Assembly: GCA_003141715.1 (NCBI GenBank)
Contig: PLNF01000140.1
Coordinates: 27,427-91,426, forward strand
Length of the DNA: 64,000 nucleotides
Source: Bacteroidales bacterium
Lineage (GTDB): Bacteria; Bacteroidota; Bacteroidia; Bacteroidales; VadinHA17
Direction of reading: 5' to 3'
Both the position numbers and the translations under genes were made by a program. This document shows, piece after piece, positions 27,749-38,244 of this stretch (position 1 is the first letter of the stretch; every line of letters begins with the position of its first letter). Below the pieces are notes generated by a model. It ran no database searches. It was not told the DNA's origin and saw only the letters and a program-made list of their open reading frames with translations.

Positions 27749-28675
27749 ATGGGATCAGGTTTACATCAATATCAAAATACTGAAAAATCACTTTACCATT
27801 TTAGCTTCCTAGGGGATATTAAAGTGAATGGTATTTACTTTAATAGTTTTGCAAAATTTTTAAACCTCTATTATTTCATGAGGAAGGAACATACTCAGGA
27901 TTTTTACTCTATTATTTTATTTACCGAAGGTTATGGCAGTATAATAATCAATAATGTGAGTTATACTATTCAACCCCAAACCATATGCCTTGTTGCCCCG
28001 GGCCAGTTGCACTCATTTGAGGGTCTTGAAGATGTTGAGGGAATTATCTTTTTCTTTTGTCAGGATTTTTATGTTGAAGAATTCAGTTTTATACGGCTGT
28101 TAAATGTATTTTCATATACATCACAAACAAGCGTTAATGTTTGTAATCCCTGCTTTGCTTTATCTGACAGCGAGTTCAACCTTTTCATTTCCACAATAAA
28201 ATCGATAGAGAGCGAATACGAGTCTTATACCCCTTCCAATAATTCTGCTATTATAATTCGTTCCCATTTGAATATCATGCTGTTAAAACTTACTGAGCTG
28301 TATGAGGCAAAATCAGGAAAATCAAATAATAACGACAGCATCCTCATCCATTCCTTGTCGCATATGGTGGATTCTTACTTTATTCAGGAACAACAATTAG
28401 GGTTTTATACTTCGGCATTTAATATCTCTGAAAGCCAGCTAAATGATTTATGCAATCAGCATTTTAACTGTGGATTTAAAAAAATATTACAAAACAGGCT
28501 TATGCAGGAAGCAAGAAGACTGCTTTTATCCTCTGACCTGTCAGTTTCAGAGATTGCCTATAAGTTGAATTTTGAGGATAATTCCTATTTCAATAAGGTT
28601 TTTAAAAATAAAACGGGCCTTACCCCTAAAAGGTTTCGCGATATTCACAAAAGATTAGTACCACAAAAACCCTGA
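27749..28675 (+). CDS. AraC-family transcriptional regulator
   Basis: N-terminal cupin-like sensor domain (HTQDFYSIILFTEGYG). C-terminal double HTH (LSVSEIAYKLNFEDNSYFNKVFKNKTGLTPKRFR). Confidence 0.85.
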   Translation: MGSGLHQYQNTEKSLYHFSFLGDIKVNGIYFNSFAKFLNLYYFMRKEHTQDFYSIILFTEGYGSIIINNVSYTIQPQTICLVAPGQLHSFEGLEDVEGIIFFFCQDFYVEEFSFIRLLNVFSYTSQTSVNVCNPCFALSDSEFNLFISTIKSIESEYESYTPSNNSAIIIRSHLNIMLLKLTELYEAKSGKSNNNDSILIHSLSHMVDSYFIQEQQLGFYTSAFNISESQLNDLCNQHFNCGFKKILQNRLMQEARRLLLSSDLSVSEIAYKLNFEDNSYFNKVFKNKTGLTPKRFRDIHKRLVPQKP

Positions 28676-28734
28676 TTTTTACCATTTTCAATAGTCTTAC
28701 CATTTTACTTTTGCATCATAAAATTGTAAGAATT

Positions 28735-29328
28735 ATGAAAAAAACTGTTTTTTTGTCAGCGATAATTATTGTCTCATTTTTCGCCTGTAAAAAGGAAGAT
28801 ACCAAGGCGCCAATTCAAGCTCAGACTTTTGAAATAAATTCCACCGGTTCAACTGCCTGGAAATACTTTAGTTTTGCCAGTAATGACACTATAAACGTGC
28901 CAGACCCCGCCAACTCAGCGGCATGGGATATTGCTTTCCAGCGTTACCGGATCAAAACCAATGGGGGGAAATCGGGCAGTGGCTCCGGAAGTGCTGCAAA
29001 TTCTTATCAGAAAGGGCTAATCGGTTTTGATGCATTAAAGATCGTTTCAGATACCGCAACATTTGCATCGGATGATTCAATAAGTATTGCAATTCAGCAA
29101 GGCTATGCCTACTATGTGGTTAATCCCGTATTATATACTTGGTTCACCCTGGAGTTTGCAACCCAGGGAACGCAGATCGTACCAACCGATTACATATTTA
29201 TTGTTAAAACCGGTACAGGCAAATATGCGAAGGTCTGGTTCAAAAGCTACTACAGTCCTGAAAATATATCAGGTTATGTCACTTTTCAGTATAAATATCA
29301 ACCGGATGGATCAAAAAATCTTGAATAG
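28735..29328 (+). CDS. hmuY: HmuY-family (haem-binding-like) lipoprotein
   Basis: ATG 28735 gives MKKTVFLSAIIIVSFFACKK. The WDIAFQRYRIKTNGGKSGSG block is characteristic of HmuY-like proteins. It is immediately followed (TAG-ATG abutting) by a TonB-dependent receptor. Confidence 0.65.
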   Translation: MKKTVFLSAIIIVSFFACKKEDTKAPIQAQTFEINSTGSTAWKYFSFASNDTINVPDPANSAAWDIAFQRYRIKTNGGKSGSGSGSAANSYQKGLIGFDALKIVSDTATFASDDSISIAIQQGYAYYVVNPVLYTWFTLEFATQGTQIVPTDYIFIVKTGTGKYAKVWFKSYYSPENISGYVTFQYKYQPDGSKNLE

Positions 29329-31431
29329 ATGCTGAGAATATTAAAGCCGGTTATTTTTTTATTATTTATTCCTTCAATCGCTTTTTCCCAGGGAGTCAGC
29401 ATTTCCGGCCATGTTACCGGAACAGACAGCAGTCCAGTTACAGGGGCAACCATTACATTAAAAGGAACTACATTCGGAACGGTAACAGATAAAAAAGGAT
29501 TTTATAAAATGAACAAAATAAAACCGGGGACATATACATTACGTGTATCGTTTCTGGGATTCGAGACACTGGAGCGGTCGGTTGCAATTCTTAAAGAAAA
29601 TAACCATGTCGATTTTTCCCTCAATGAATCAAATATCGATTTAAACGAGGTTGTGGTGACTGGTACGAAATCAGAAAAAGCATTAAAAAATGTTCCTGTT
29701 ATTACACAGGTAATCAGTGCCCGTAAAATGCTTGAATTGGGTATTACCAATGTTACTGATGCACTTCAGAATATGGTACCAGGATTTAATGTGAGCCATT
29801 TCGGGACGTTGACTTCAGTTACACTTCAGGGGATGGATGCAAAGTATGTCTTATTTCTTATAGATGGAGAAAGGATAGCCGGGGAAGTAAATGGGGATAT
29901 TGATTATTCAATGCTTAACCTCGAGAACATTGACCGGATTGAGGTTATCAAAGGCGCTTCATCGTCTCTTTATGGTTCCAATGCCATAGGGGGTGTCATA
30001 AATATTATAACTAAAAAGATCGATGATCCTTTTGATGCAAAGTTCTATTCCCGATACTCAAAATATAATGAATTGTACTCAGGTGGAAGCGTTGGCCTGA
30101 AACAAGGAATTATCGGATCAAGGACAAGCTTTAATCTCAGTCATACCGATGGTTACGACATCACTCCGGAGACTTCACACGACTGGACCCAGAATCCATA
30201 TTCTTCATTCAGTATAAGTCAGAAATTTGAAATTACACCTTCCTCGCGTCTTTCTATTGTTCCTTACTTTACCTATTATCAGTTTGAACGAGGTAATGTA
30301 AGCGCTCGACCTGCCCATGACCTTTATATTGACCTGAATGCCGGTTTGAAAGGACAATACTATTTCGAAAAAAATTCCATCGATTTTTCATATTATCGCG
30401 ATCGTTATAACACTTACGATGTCCTCGAACTTTTGAATAACAAAAGGGATACTGCTTCCTATGATTTCATTCAGACAGTCAGAACGCAGGGGAATTTTCA
30501 TCTTTCTGATAAAAACAACTTAACGGACGGACTGGAATATAATTCTGAACGTCTCTTCTCAATAAGAGTAGCGGGAGGATTGAAAAGTGCAGGGGAGTCC
30601 GTGTTTTATGTACAGGAAGATATTGGTTTTGGAGAACACTGGGATCTGATTGCTGGTATGCGGGTAAGCTATCACAGTAATTATGGTTTGAATGCCGCAC
30701 CCAAGATATCAGTAATGTTCAAACAAGGGTTCTTAAATTTCAGAGCTTCTGCCGGGACAGGTTTCCGTTCTCCCGCCCTGAAAGAGTTATACTTCAACTT
30801 TGACCATTTTGGTGAATTTTATGTAATTGGCAATCCACAATTAAAGCCTGAATCATCAAAGTATATATCCGGATCAGTTGAATTTTCAAAACCGTGGAAC
30901 AACTTATCGGTCACAGTTTACAGGAATGTTTTGTCAAATATGATAACAAATCGTTGGCTACCCGATACCGTGCAGCTGATCCAACAATATGAAAATGTTT
31001 CCAGCGCTTCAGTTAATGGGATTGATTTCATATCGAAACAAAAGATAATTAATGGATTCTGGCTGAGCGCAGGATATAGCTATGTTCATTCACACGACAA
31101 TGAGACACAGCTTCAATTGTATGGTACGACAAAACATTCGGGGAATATTGCAGCAGATTATAATTTCAGAAAAAAGGATTATTCTTTCACGGCTCAAATA
31201 TATTGTAAGCTGATGGGGCAAAAATTCTATGAGATTACTACAGACGGAACTTCTCAGGACAGGCCGTATGCTGACTGGAGGATAACTATTTCGCAGGAAT
31301 ATAAGCGGCTTCGGATATCAACAGGACTGGATAATATATTCAATATAGTAATTCCGCAAAACATAGATTTTATTTCGCCCGGAAGACGTTTTTTTGTTGG
31401 CATGAATATTGATTTTGGAAAAATAAAGTGA
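29329..31431 (+). CDS. TonB-dependent receptor (HmuR-like) with an N-terminal CarboxypepD_reg domain
   Basis: Signal peptide, carboxypeptidase-regulatory-like domain (ISGHVTG...TITLKGT...GFYKM), plug domain (IEVIKGASSSLYGSNAIGGVINIITK) and a beta-barrel ending ...FFVGMNIDFGKIK. Confidence 0.9.
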   Translation: MLRILKPVIFLLFIPSIAFSQGVSISGHVTGTDSSPVTGATITLKGTTFGTVTDKKGFYKMNKIKPGTYTLRVSFLGFETLERSVAILKENNHVDFSLNESNIDLNEVVVTGTKSEKALKNVPVITQVISARKMLELGITNVTDALQNMVPGFNVSHFGTLTSVTLQGMDAKYVLFLIDGERIAGEVNGDIDYSMLNLENIDRIEVIKGASSSLYGSNAIGGVINIITKKIDDPFDAKFYSRYSKYNELYSGGSVGLKQGIIGSRTSFNLSHTDGYDITPETSHDWTQNPYSSFSISQKFEITPSSRLSIVPYFTYYQFERGNVSARPAHDLYIDLNAGLKGQYYFEKNSIDFSYYRDRYNTYDVLELLNNKRDTASYDFIQTVRTQGNFHLSDKNNLTDGLEYNSERLFSIRVAGGLKSAGESVFYVQEDIGFGEHWDLIAGMRVSYHSNYGLNAAPKISVMFKQGFLNFRASAGTGFRSPALKELYFNFDHFGEFYVIGNPQLKPESSKYISGSVEFSKPWNNLSVTVYRNVLSNMITNRWLPDTVQLIQQYENVSSASVNGIDFISKQKIINGFWLSAGYSYVHSHDNETQLQLYGTTKHSGNIAADYNFRKKDYSFTAQIYCKLMGQKFYEITTDGTSQDRPYADWRITISQEYKRLRISTGLDNIFNIVIPQNIDFISPGRRFFVGMNIDFGKIK

Positions 31432-31432
31432 T

Positions 31433-31504
31433 GTCTTGTTGTCTTGTTGTTCTCATAATCTTCCAGTCTTCCAGTCTCCAGTGTCTTAGTCACTTGGTCT
31501 CTTC
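31433..31504. repeat. Degenerate ~8-bp tandem array, 9 units of GTCTTNNN type
   Basis: GTCTTGTT GTCTTGTT GTTCTCAT AATCTTCCA GTCTTCCA GTCTCCA GTGTCTTA GTCACTTG GTCTCTTC. It fills the convergent gap between the stops at 31431 (+) and 31490 (-) and runs into the last codons of the permease. Confidence 0.75.
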
Positions 31505-32860
31505 AACTTCATCAGTACTTTCGAGTTTTGCAAATTGAAGTGGTTTTTTAAAGAAGTTTGTGCGGTAGGCACCATAAATCAGACCCACAGAAAGCCAGCT
31601 TATTCCTACAATCTTGGCTTTTAATCCCAGACTGAGCCAGAGGTAGAGACAAATTGAAAAGCCGAGAAGAGGAACAATAAAATATGTGAATTTTTTGTGT
31701 TCACTGCGTACAAAATAGCGCATGAATGAGGAAATATTGACACCCATAAATGCAACCAGGGCCCCAAAGTTAAGAAGCTGAGCCCCCAACGGATAGCTTA
31801 AGAGGAAAACACCACCCAGAATTATTACACCAATCAGAATTATATTGTTAGATGGGATGCGTGTCTTTGGATTTATTGCTGCAAAGAACTTACCGGGAAT
31901 AGCATTGTCTCTCCCCATTCCATAAAGCAGACGTCCGGCTCCAAGATGAGCACCAGCCCCAGACCCTATTGTTGCAACAAGCAAAGCAATATTGACTGTA
32001 TGGAAAAGCCAGTGGCCACCTGCCTTGCCGGCAATATAACAAAAAGCAGTATCCTGGTCGGGAAAGTTGGTCCCTGGCCATACTAGTTGAGCGAAATAAA
32101 CCTGTACAGATGCCAAAATACCTGTTATGATACAAACCAGTACTGTTGCCAGCAGGATATTGCGACGCGGATTATGCACCTCTTCTGACAAGGTTGAAAT
32201 GCCATCAAAACCAATATAAGTAAGAACTGCGAGTGATGCACCAGCTGATACTGAGGGAAACGTAAATGTTTTAGGATCATAAAAGGGCCTTGTCCATTCT
32301 CCTGCATTAGCAGGAGGATTTAAAAAGAGATAACGGACTGCAGATCCCAGGAAAAGAATAATAACCACACCCAAACCAGTCGCAATAATAGAATTTGTAC
32401 GTGAACTTGATTCAATTCCGCGGAGGTTCATCGCTGTAAACAGACATGTAAAAGCAATGGCATAAACTCCGAAAGGTATTTCAGGAATTAAGTTTATAGC
32501 AGCTTTGCTTATCCAGATCACACATATAATAGGGTTCATTATATAATCGAAAATCATACCCCAGCCGACAAAGTAACCAAGTGAGGGATGGATTTCCCTG
32601 CTTACATATGTGTATGCCGAACCGGCACTGGGATAAGCATTTGCCATACGACCGTAACTGATAGCCGTGAATAGCATAGCAACCATACCAATCAGTATCG
32701 TTGTAACAACATGACCATGTGCCAGGGTTGCTGCAGCTCCATATAATGGCATAGGAGCCGTTGGCTGAATAAGGATAATCCCGTATAGTACCAGTGCGGA
32801 GAGTCCGAGAACACGTTTCAAACCCGGACCGGGAGGAGATGAAGTATTGGTGTCACTCAT
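31490..32860 (-). CDS. APC-superfamily amino acid/polyamine permease
   Basis: 456 aa, about 12 TM helices, N-terminal LKRVLGLSALVLYGIILIQPTAP typical of the APC family (PuuP/YkfD-like). Confidence 0.85.
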   Translation of the reverse strand: MSDTNTSSPPGPGLKRVLGLSALVLYGIILIQPTAPMPLYGAAATLAHGHVVTTILIGMVAMLFTAISYGRMANAYPSAGSAYTYVSREIHPSLGYFVGWGMIFDYIMNPIICVIWISKAAINLIPEIPFGVYAIAFTCLFTAMNLRGIESSSRTNSIIATGLGVVIILFLGSAVRYLFLNPPANAGEWTRPFYDPKTFTFPSVSAGASLAVLTYIGFDGISTLSEEVHNPRRNILLATVLVCIITGILASVQVYFAQLVWPGTNFPDQDTAFCYIAGKAGGHWLFHTVNIALLVATIGSGAGAHLGAGRLLYGMGRDNAIPGKFFAAINPKTRIPSNNIILIGVIILGGVFLLSYPLGAQLLNFGALVAFMGVNISSFMRYFVRSEHKKFTYFIVPLLGFSICLYLWLSLGLKAKIVGISWLSVGLIYGAYRTNFFKKPLQFAKLESTDEVEETK

Positions 32861-32973
32861 ATGGCTAACTTATAAAAAAGATAATGACCATAAACCTAAT
32901 AATTATAAACAGAATTCAAATAGTTGATCGCAATAAAAATAAAAAATGAGTTTCGGTAATCAATTTAAACCAT

Positions 32974-33013
32974 GAGATTCCTCGCTTCTGCTCGGAATGA
33001 AATGAGGAATCTC
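32974..33013. repeat. REP-like hairpin (GAGATTCCTC ... GAGGAATCTC)
   Basis: 10-bp perfect stem with a 20-nt loop containing GCTCGGAATGA. This resembles the CGAGGAAT/ATTCCGAG-type extragenic hairpins common in Bacteroidota genomes (from memory, not searched). Confidence 0.55.
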
Positions 33014-33194
33014 GCATCTAATGACAAAATTGGGAAAAGATAGAGAGAATATAATTGAATTTAAAACATGATTCTGGATATTCATAAACAGAAAGAAATT
33101 TTATGAGGCTATTTTATTGTAATTCCTGTCAATTTATTTAACTAACTTTATTATTCATGAAATGAGTTTTTTATTAACTATTATAGCCTGCAAT

Positions 33195-35780
33195 ATGAAA
33201 ACACGTATTGTCATCACTTTCAGCTTATTGGTTACTTTTACTATTAACTGCCTCGCACAAATTCCTGCGAGTGGGAAACTTCTGCTCAAAGATAACTGGG
33301 CAATCCAGTCTTCAAAAGAAATAAAATCAGATGCGAAGACCATTTCAACAATTGGTTTCAAAACCGAGGGTTGGTATCCTACATCTGTTCCAACAACCGT
33401 TCTGGCTGCATTAGTATCCAATAAAGTTTATCCCGATCCTTATTACGGGACCAATATCAACAGTCTTCCGGGTCAAATTCCTTATCCGAAAAGGGAAATG
33501 CCCGATGGCAGTCCGTATAAAGTTGCCTGGTGGTACCGCACCGAGTTCAAAATTCCTGCCGATTATAAAAATATGCATACATGGCTGCAATTCCACAGCA
33601 TTAATTACAAAGCGAATATCTGGCTGAACGGCAAACTTATTGCTGATACAACCACAATTGAAGGCGCTTATCGTCTCTTTAACCTTGACATTTCAAAAGC
33701 AGCCTTGCCAGGTGATAATAATTGTCTGGCTCTCGAGATATTTCCTCCAAAGAAAATGGATCTTACCATAACATGGGTTGACTGGAATCCAACGCCACAG
33801 GACAGGGGTATGGGCATCTGGTATGATGTATCAATTCATGCGACAGGTAATGTGGCAATTGAAAATCTCCACGTAGTGACAAAGCTAAATCTTCCGTCAA
33901 CCGATCAGGCCAGATTGACTGTCACTGCAGAAGTACGGAATGCTGAAGCGAAAAAGATAACAGGCATATTAAAAGGGACTATTGAAAATATTACTTTTTC
34001 ACAGGTAGTTTCCATGGAAGCCGGTGAAACGAAGCTGATAAGCTTTTTACCGGAGAAATTTCCGCAATTAGTTATAGCCAATCCCCGCCTCTGGTGGCCC
34101 CATACCATCGGACCACAGAATCTTTATGAAATGGATCTTAGTTTTGAGGCTTCGGGCAATGTGACAGACAATAAAATGGTTCGCTTTGGAATTCGTGAGA
34201 TCACAACATGGATGAACGATTTCGATAAACAGCACACAAAAGTTTTCCAGATTAATGGGAAGAACATTGTGATCAGGGGTGGAGGCTATGTGCAGGACCT
34301 GATGTTACGGTCATCCAACGAACGCATAGACGCTGACTTATTATATGCAAAGCACATGAACCTGAATGCTTTGAGGATGGAAGCCCCACGCGGTTCGGAC
34401 TATCTGTTTGAAAGATGCGATGAAGAAGGCATTTTGCTGATGGTCGGCTGGTGCTGCTGCAGTTCATGGGAAGGATGGAAAAAATGGACACCTCATACAG
34501 GAGATGTTGCTGAGGCGAGCTGGAAAGATCTGATTGTCCATCTGCGCAATCACCCTTCTGTTTTTACATGGTTGTACGGGAGCGATAATTTTCCGCCTGC
34601 TGATGTTGAAAAACGATACTTAAAAGTATTAGATGAATATGACAACACCCGGCCTTATGAATCTTCAGCCACTCAGGCTCCCAGTTCAATTGCAGGGATA
34701 ACAGGGGTTCATATGGGACCATATCCGAATGTTTATGCATATGAAACTCCTTCATTCTGGTATACAAAACTTGAATTTAATACGGAAGCAGGTCCGACAG
34801 GCGAACAAATTCCTCCAATAGAGACAATGAGAATGATGATGCCTGAAAAGGATCTTTGGCCAATGAGCGCCTCATGGGATCTGCGTCTGCATAAAGCATT
34901 TTATCCGATTGCCAGGGCAGCTCTTGAATCGCGTTATGGTAAACCAGCCAGCGTTGAAGAGTATTGTGTGAAATCACAGGTATTTCAGAATGAGGCTGTT
35001 AAAGCAATGTTCGAAGCTTTTGCAGGTAATAAATACCGTTCCAGCGGGATTATTTACTGGATGTATAACTCCGCATGGCCCAAAATGTACTGGCAGTTGT
35101 ACGACTATTACTTTATGCCCAACGGAGCTTTCTATGGAGCAAAGACTGCCTGCGAACCCCTTCATATACAATATTGCTATGATGACCACTCAATTAAAAT
35201 TGTGAATTGCTTCTATCATGATTTTGCCGGATTGATAGCAAAAGTGAGAATCTTTGATTTTAATATGAAGGAAGTCATGTCGACCATGATGGATGCCAGA
35301 GTAGCTTCTGATGGGAGCGAGAAAATTTTCACCATCGAAACTCCGAAGGATATCACAAAAGTTTATTTCCTGAAACTGGAATTGCAGGATGCTTCAGGAA
35401 AACAATTATCATCTAATTTTTACTGGTTAAGCTCGAATGGTGATGAGAAGGCCGATTTTACCGATCTCAGCAAACTTTCCTCAACGAATATTAATGTTAC
35501 TGCATCTCCGATTCAACAGGAAGGAAATAAATGCAAGCTCACGGTTACAATTGAAAACCCCGGTACAGGACTCGCTTTTGCCGTTAACCCAAAGATACTG
35601 AAGCTTACATCAAAAGAACCTGTACTTCCGGTATTCTGGGAGGACAATTATATATCTCTGCTTCCAAAGGAAAAGAGAGTACTGCAGGTTGAATTCGACC
35701 TGAAAAATTTGGATGGTGAAAAACCTCTTCTGAAAGTTGATGGATGGAACGTGAGTGCAATAGAAAAGGAGATTAAATAG
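33195..35780 (+). CDS. Glycoside hydrolase family 2 (beta-mannosidase / exo-beta-glucosaminidase-like)
   Basis: ATG 33195 gives the signal peptide MKTRIVITFSLLVTFTINCLAQ. GH2 N-terminal sugar-binding domain (LLLKDNWAIQSS...WWYRTEF), Ig-like domain, TIM barrel (NLNALRMEAPRGS...GWCCCSSWE) and C-terminal beta-sandwich domains. Confidence 0.75.
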   Translation: MKTRIVITFSLLVTFTINCLAQIPASGKLLLKDNWAIQSSKEIKSDAKTISTIGFKTEGWYPTSVPTTVLAALVSNKVYPDPYYGTNINSLPGQIPYPKREMPDGSPYKVAWWYRTEFKIPADYKNMHTWLQFHSINYKANIWLNGKLIADTTTIEGAYRLFNLDISKAALPGDNNCLALEIFPPKKMDLTITWVDWNPTPQDRGMGIWYDVSIHATGNVAIENLHVVTKLNLPSTDQARLTVTAEVRNAEAKKITGILKGTIENITFSQVVSMEAGETKLISFLPEKFPQLVIANPRLWWPHTIGPQNLYEMDLSFEASGNVTDNKMVRFGIREITTWMNDFDKQHTKVFQINGKNIVIRGGGYVQDLMLRSSNERIDADLLYAKHMNLNALRMEAPRGSDYLFERCDEEGILLMVGWCCCSSWEGWKKWTPHTGDVAEASWKDLIVHLRNHPSVFTWLYGSDNFPPADVEKRYLKVLDEYDNTRPYESSATQAPSSIAGITGVHMGPYPNVYAYETPSFWYTKLEFNTEAGPTGEQIPPIETMRMMMPEKDLWPMSASWDLRLHKAFYPIARAALESRYGKPASVEEYCVKSQVFQNEAVKAMFEAFAGNKYRSSGIIYWMYNSAWPKMYWQLYDYYFMPNGAFYGAKTACEPLHIQYCYDDHSIKIVNCFYHDFAGLIAKVRIFDFNMKEVMSTMMDARVASDGSEKIFTIETPKDITKVYFLKLELQDASGKQLSSNFYWLSSNGDEKADFTDLSKLSSTNINVTASPIQQEGNKCKLTVTIENPGTGLAFAVNPKILKLTSKEPVLPVFWEDNYISLLPKEKRVLQVEFDLKNLDGEKPLLKVDGWNVSAIEKEIK

Positions 35781-35787
35781 TTCCTTA

Positions 35788-36912
35788 CTATTTTACACCA
35801 TCTATATACCTGTTATTGACAATTAATTTTCTCATTTCCAACATGTTGACAGGACCCTGAATACGGAATATCACATTGCCGCCCTGTTCTACCAATAATG
35901 TGTAAGGAAGTGCTCCCGACCACTTAGGGTCAACAGCTTCAACCAATGCAGAATTATTGTCGCTGTTGAAAATGTAGTTTTTGTTAGATGCCTCATTCTT
36001 TTGGAGGAACTTCAAAACATTGTCTTTTCTCTCCAATTTATCAGCATTGATTGATATGAATTCAAACTGGCGGCTTCGATAAATTCTGTCAAGAATTACC
36101 AGGTCAGGAAATTCCTGGACACATGGACCGCACCATGAGGCCCAGACATTTATAAGCCGCAATTTATCAGATTTGTTTCTTATGAGCTCTCTTATTCCAG
36201 AGGAATCTATGTTTTCTATAGTAACAGGCAGTTCCGACCATTCTTTATAAAGCTTTTTTGTTCCTTCGGTTTTCCATACCCATTTTATAGAACATCCAAA
36301 AACTTTTGTTACAGGCTTCTCAATCTTCCTGCCTTCAAGAACTGCATCTATTGCATTCTGAAGTATTTCTCCTTTTCCGTTTTCCATCGATTCATCAATG
36401 CAGCCAACATACTGAAGTTTTCGGTTCTTATCAAAAACGTATGCATGAGGAGTTGCCATAGGACCATACGCAATGGCTGTTTTTTGATCATCTCCGTCGT
36501 ACAGATAAGGAAACTTAAAACCTTTGTCTTTTGCACGTATTTTCATCTCTTCAAATGTGTCACCCAGATCGGACCAGCCCTGTTCCCATAAATTGAGCGA
36601 TTTGGAACTGTTTGATGATATTACAACCAATGCCACACCTTTTGATGTGTACTTGTTGTATATATCAATCAGTCTGTCCTGGTAGGCCTGTGCAGTAGGG
36701 CAGTGGTTGCAGCTGAAAACGACAACCAGTACTTTTGATGAAGCAAAGTCAGCCAGAGAGTATGTCTTATCATCGACCCCTTTCAGCCTGAAATCAGGAG
36801 CTTGAGACCCTATTTCGAGAGTTTTAGGTTCAGGATGCACATCCTGACCAATTGTGACATATCCGGAAAATATAATTGGCAGAATTGCAAGAAGTAATTG
36901 TTTCGTTTTCAT
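35788..36912 (-). CDS. Secreted double thioredoxin-fold protein (redoxin/TlpA-like)
   Basis: Signal peptide. First domain has VVVFSCNHCPTAQ. Second domain has the classical WASWCGPC active site. Confidence 0.8.
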   Translation of the reverse strand: MKTKQLLLAILPIIFSGYVTIGQDVHPEPKTLEIGSQAPDFRLKGVDDKTYSLADFASSKVLVVVFSCNHCPTAQAYQDRLIDIYNKYTSKGVALVVISSNSSKSLNLWEQGWSDLGDTFEEMKIRAKDKGFKFPYLYDGDDQKTAIAYGPMATPHAYVFDKNRKLQYVGCIDESMENGKGEILQNAIDAVLEGRKIEKPVTKVFGCSIKWVWKTEGTKKLYKEWSELPVTIENIDSSGIRELIRNKSDKLRLINVWASWCGPCVQEFPDLVILDRIYRSRQFEFISINADKLERKDNVLKFLQKNEASNKNYIFNSDNNSALVEAVDPKWSGALPYTLLVEQGGNVIFRIQGPVNMLEMRKLIVNNRYIDGVK

Positions 36913-37067
36913 CAGGTTAAATATTTATTACAATTAGGTTTTTATGTAGACAACTCTTCCCATATATTGTGAACTTCTAAATCGGAAATCCTTGTAAAGT
37001 TAAGTATATCCATCAATAAAATCATACTGCTGTCTGTAGCCAGCTATTTGTTTCTGCCGCAATATTC

Positions 37068-37586
37068 TTACAGAAATTCAACGACCTCTTCCACGGGATT
37101 CCTGTTCTTTATTGCTGACTTTTTATACCCGGCTTTTGGATATCCCAGGGGTGTAATACTGTATATCATCTGTTTTTCATCAAGTCCGAGCGCCTCCCTC
37201 AACAGGGCAGGGTCATAGGCTGCAATCCAGCAAGTACCTACCCCTTCATTTGTTGCAGCTAGTATTATATGTGTCATTGCAATTGCAACATCAGTTTCCA
37301 GCGAGTTGTATCCGTCGTAACTACGGGTCCATGCCTTGTCTTTCAATCCGATTATAATAAGAATATGAGGTGCATTACTTAACCATTCGCGCCTGTAACA
37401 GTTTTTTACCTTTTTAAGCATTTCAGAGGAAGAGATCACGAGGAATTTCCATGGCTGATAGTTACATGCTGAAGGAGCTAATCTTCCCGCATCCAGTATT
37501 TTAGACATAACCTCATAGGGAACGGGCCGGTCGGGATCGTAATTACGAATACTCTCACGAATCCGAATTAATTCTGTATATTCCAT
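37068..37586 (-). CDS. Nitroreductase-family protein
   Basis: ATG 37584-37586 (MEYTELIRIRESIRNY...). Typical RLAPSACNYQPWKF and GTCWIAAYD motifs. The ORF-track N-terminal extension looks non-coding. Confidence 0.8.
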   Translation of the reverse strand: MEYTELIRIRESIRNYDPDRPVPYEVMSKILDAGRLAPSACNYQPWKFLVISSSEMLKKVKNCYRREWLSNAPHILIIIGLKDKAWTRSYDGYNSLETDVAIAMTHIILAATNEGVGTCWIAAYDPALLREALGLDEKQMIYSITPLGYPKAGYKKSAIKNRNPVEEVVEFL

Positions 37587-37761
37587 ATTGTTTTTAAATT
37601 TTTGATGCCACTTCAAAATTAACCATTTTGTGAATAAGAAGGAATTTTTGTTGGCAGACGCAGCTTTATACATAAAGAGGAAGTCGATGAGATTGGGAAA
37701 AAAACCCTTACTTTTGATATTTTGTGTGTATTTATTGAAATCATTAATTCTATAAAGAGTT

Positions 37762-38244
37762 ATGTTAAAGATATTAACTCTTCCCTTATTTATTTTTTTT
37801 CAGCAAATGCCTGTAACATTTACCGGCATTGAATATATACAGGGTACTGATTCACTTAAAGTATCTGTCAGGATCAATTATGAACTTTTTCTCCGCGATT
37901 ACCAGCAGACTATATTTGATGATCTTGATCTTGAGGCTTTGCGTAGTTTCCAGCCTTTCCCTTCTGATTTGGCCAACAATTACCTAAACTCAAAAATAAA
38001 CATCTTTGTCAACAAAAAACTGATTTTTGGGAAGTTGCTAAAGTTCGAAGAGTATGACGGGGATGTCAGGTTTAGTATGCTGTACCGTGTGGAGAAGAAG
38101 CTGAAAAGCATTACTGTGAGAAATACCATTCTCACCGGATTATACAGCAATGTGGAAAATCTCACTATTATCAGGAGCAGGAATTATGATTCAGAAATGA
38201 AGTTTACCCAGGAACACAACGAGGAGACTTTCTTTATAAAATAA
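37762..38244 (+). CDS. Hypothetical small secreted protein, paralog 1 (His motif lost)
   Basis: 160 aa, similar over its full length to 38381-38860 (MLKxLxL..., DSLKVSVRINYELFLRDY vs DTLKVFFRMYYDDFLRDY). Position-equivalent QQMPVTF replaces HPVHVTL. Confidence 0.5.
   Translation: MLKILTLPLFIFFQQMPVTFTGIEYIQGTDSLKVSVRINYELFLRDYQQTIFDDLDLEALRSFQPFPSDLANNYLNSKINIFVNKKLIFGKLLKFEEYDGDVRFSMLYRVEKKLKSITVRNTILTGLYSNVENLTIIRSRNYDSEMKFTQEHNEETFFIK

Noticed and set aside
28676-28734. Possible riboswitches upstream of the hmuY/TonB-dependent receptor operon, or at 32861-33160 upstream of the permease
   Set aside because: The first gap is only about 60 bp. The second shows only the REP-like hairpin and none of the conserved cores (cobalamin, lysine, glycine, etc.) that I can recognise by eye.
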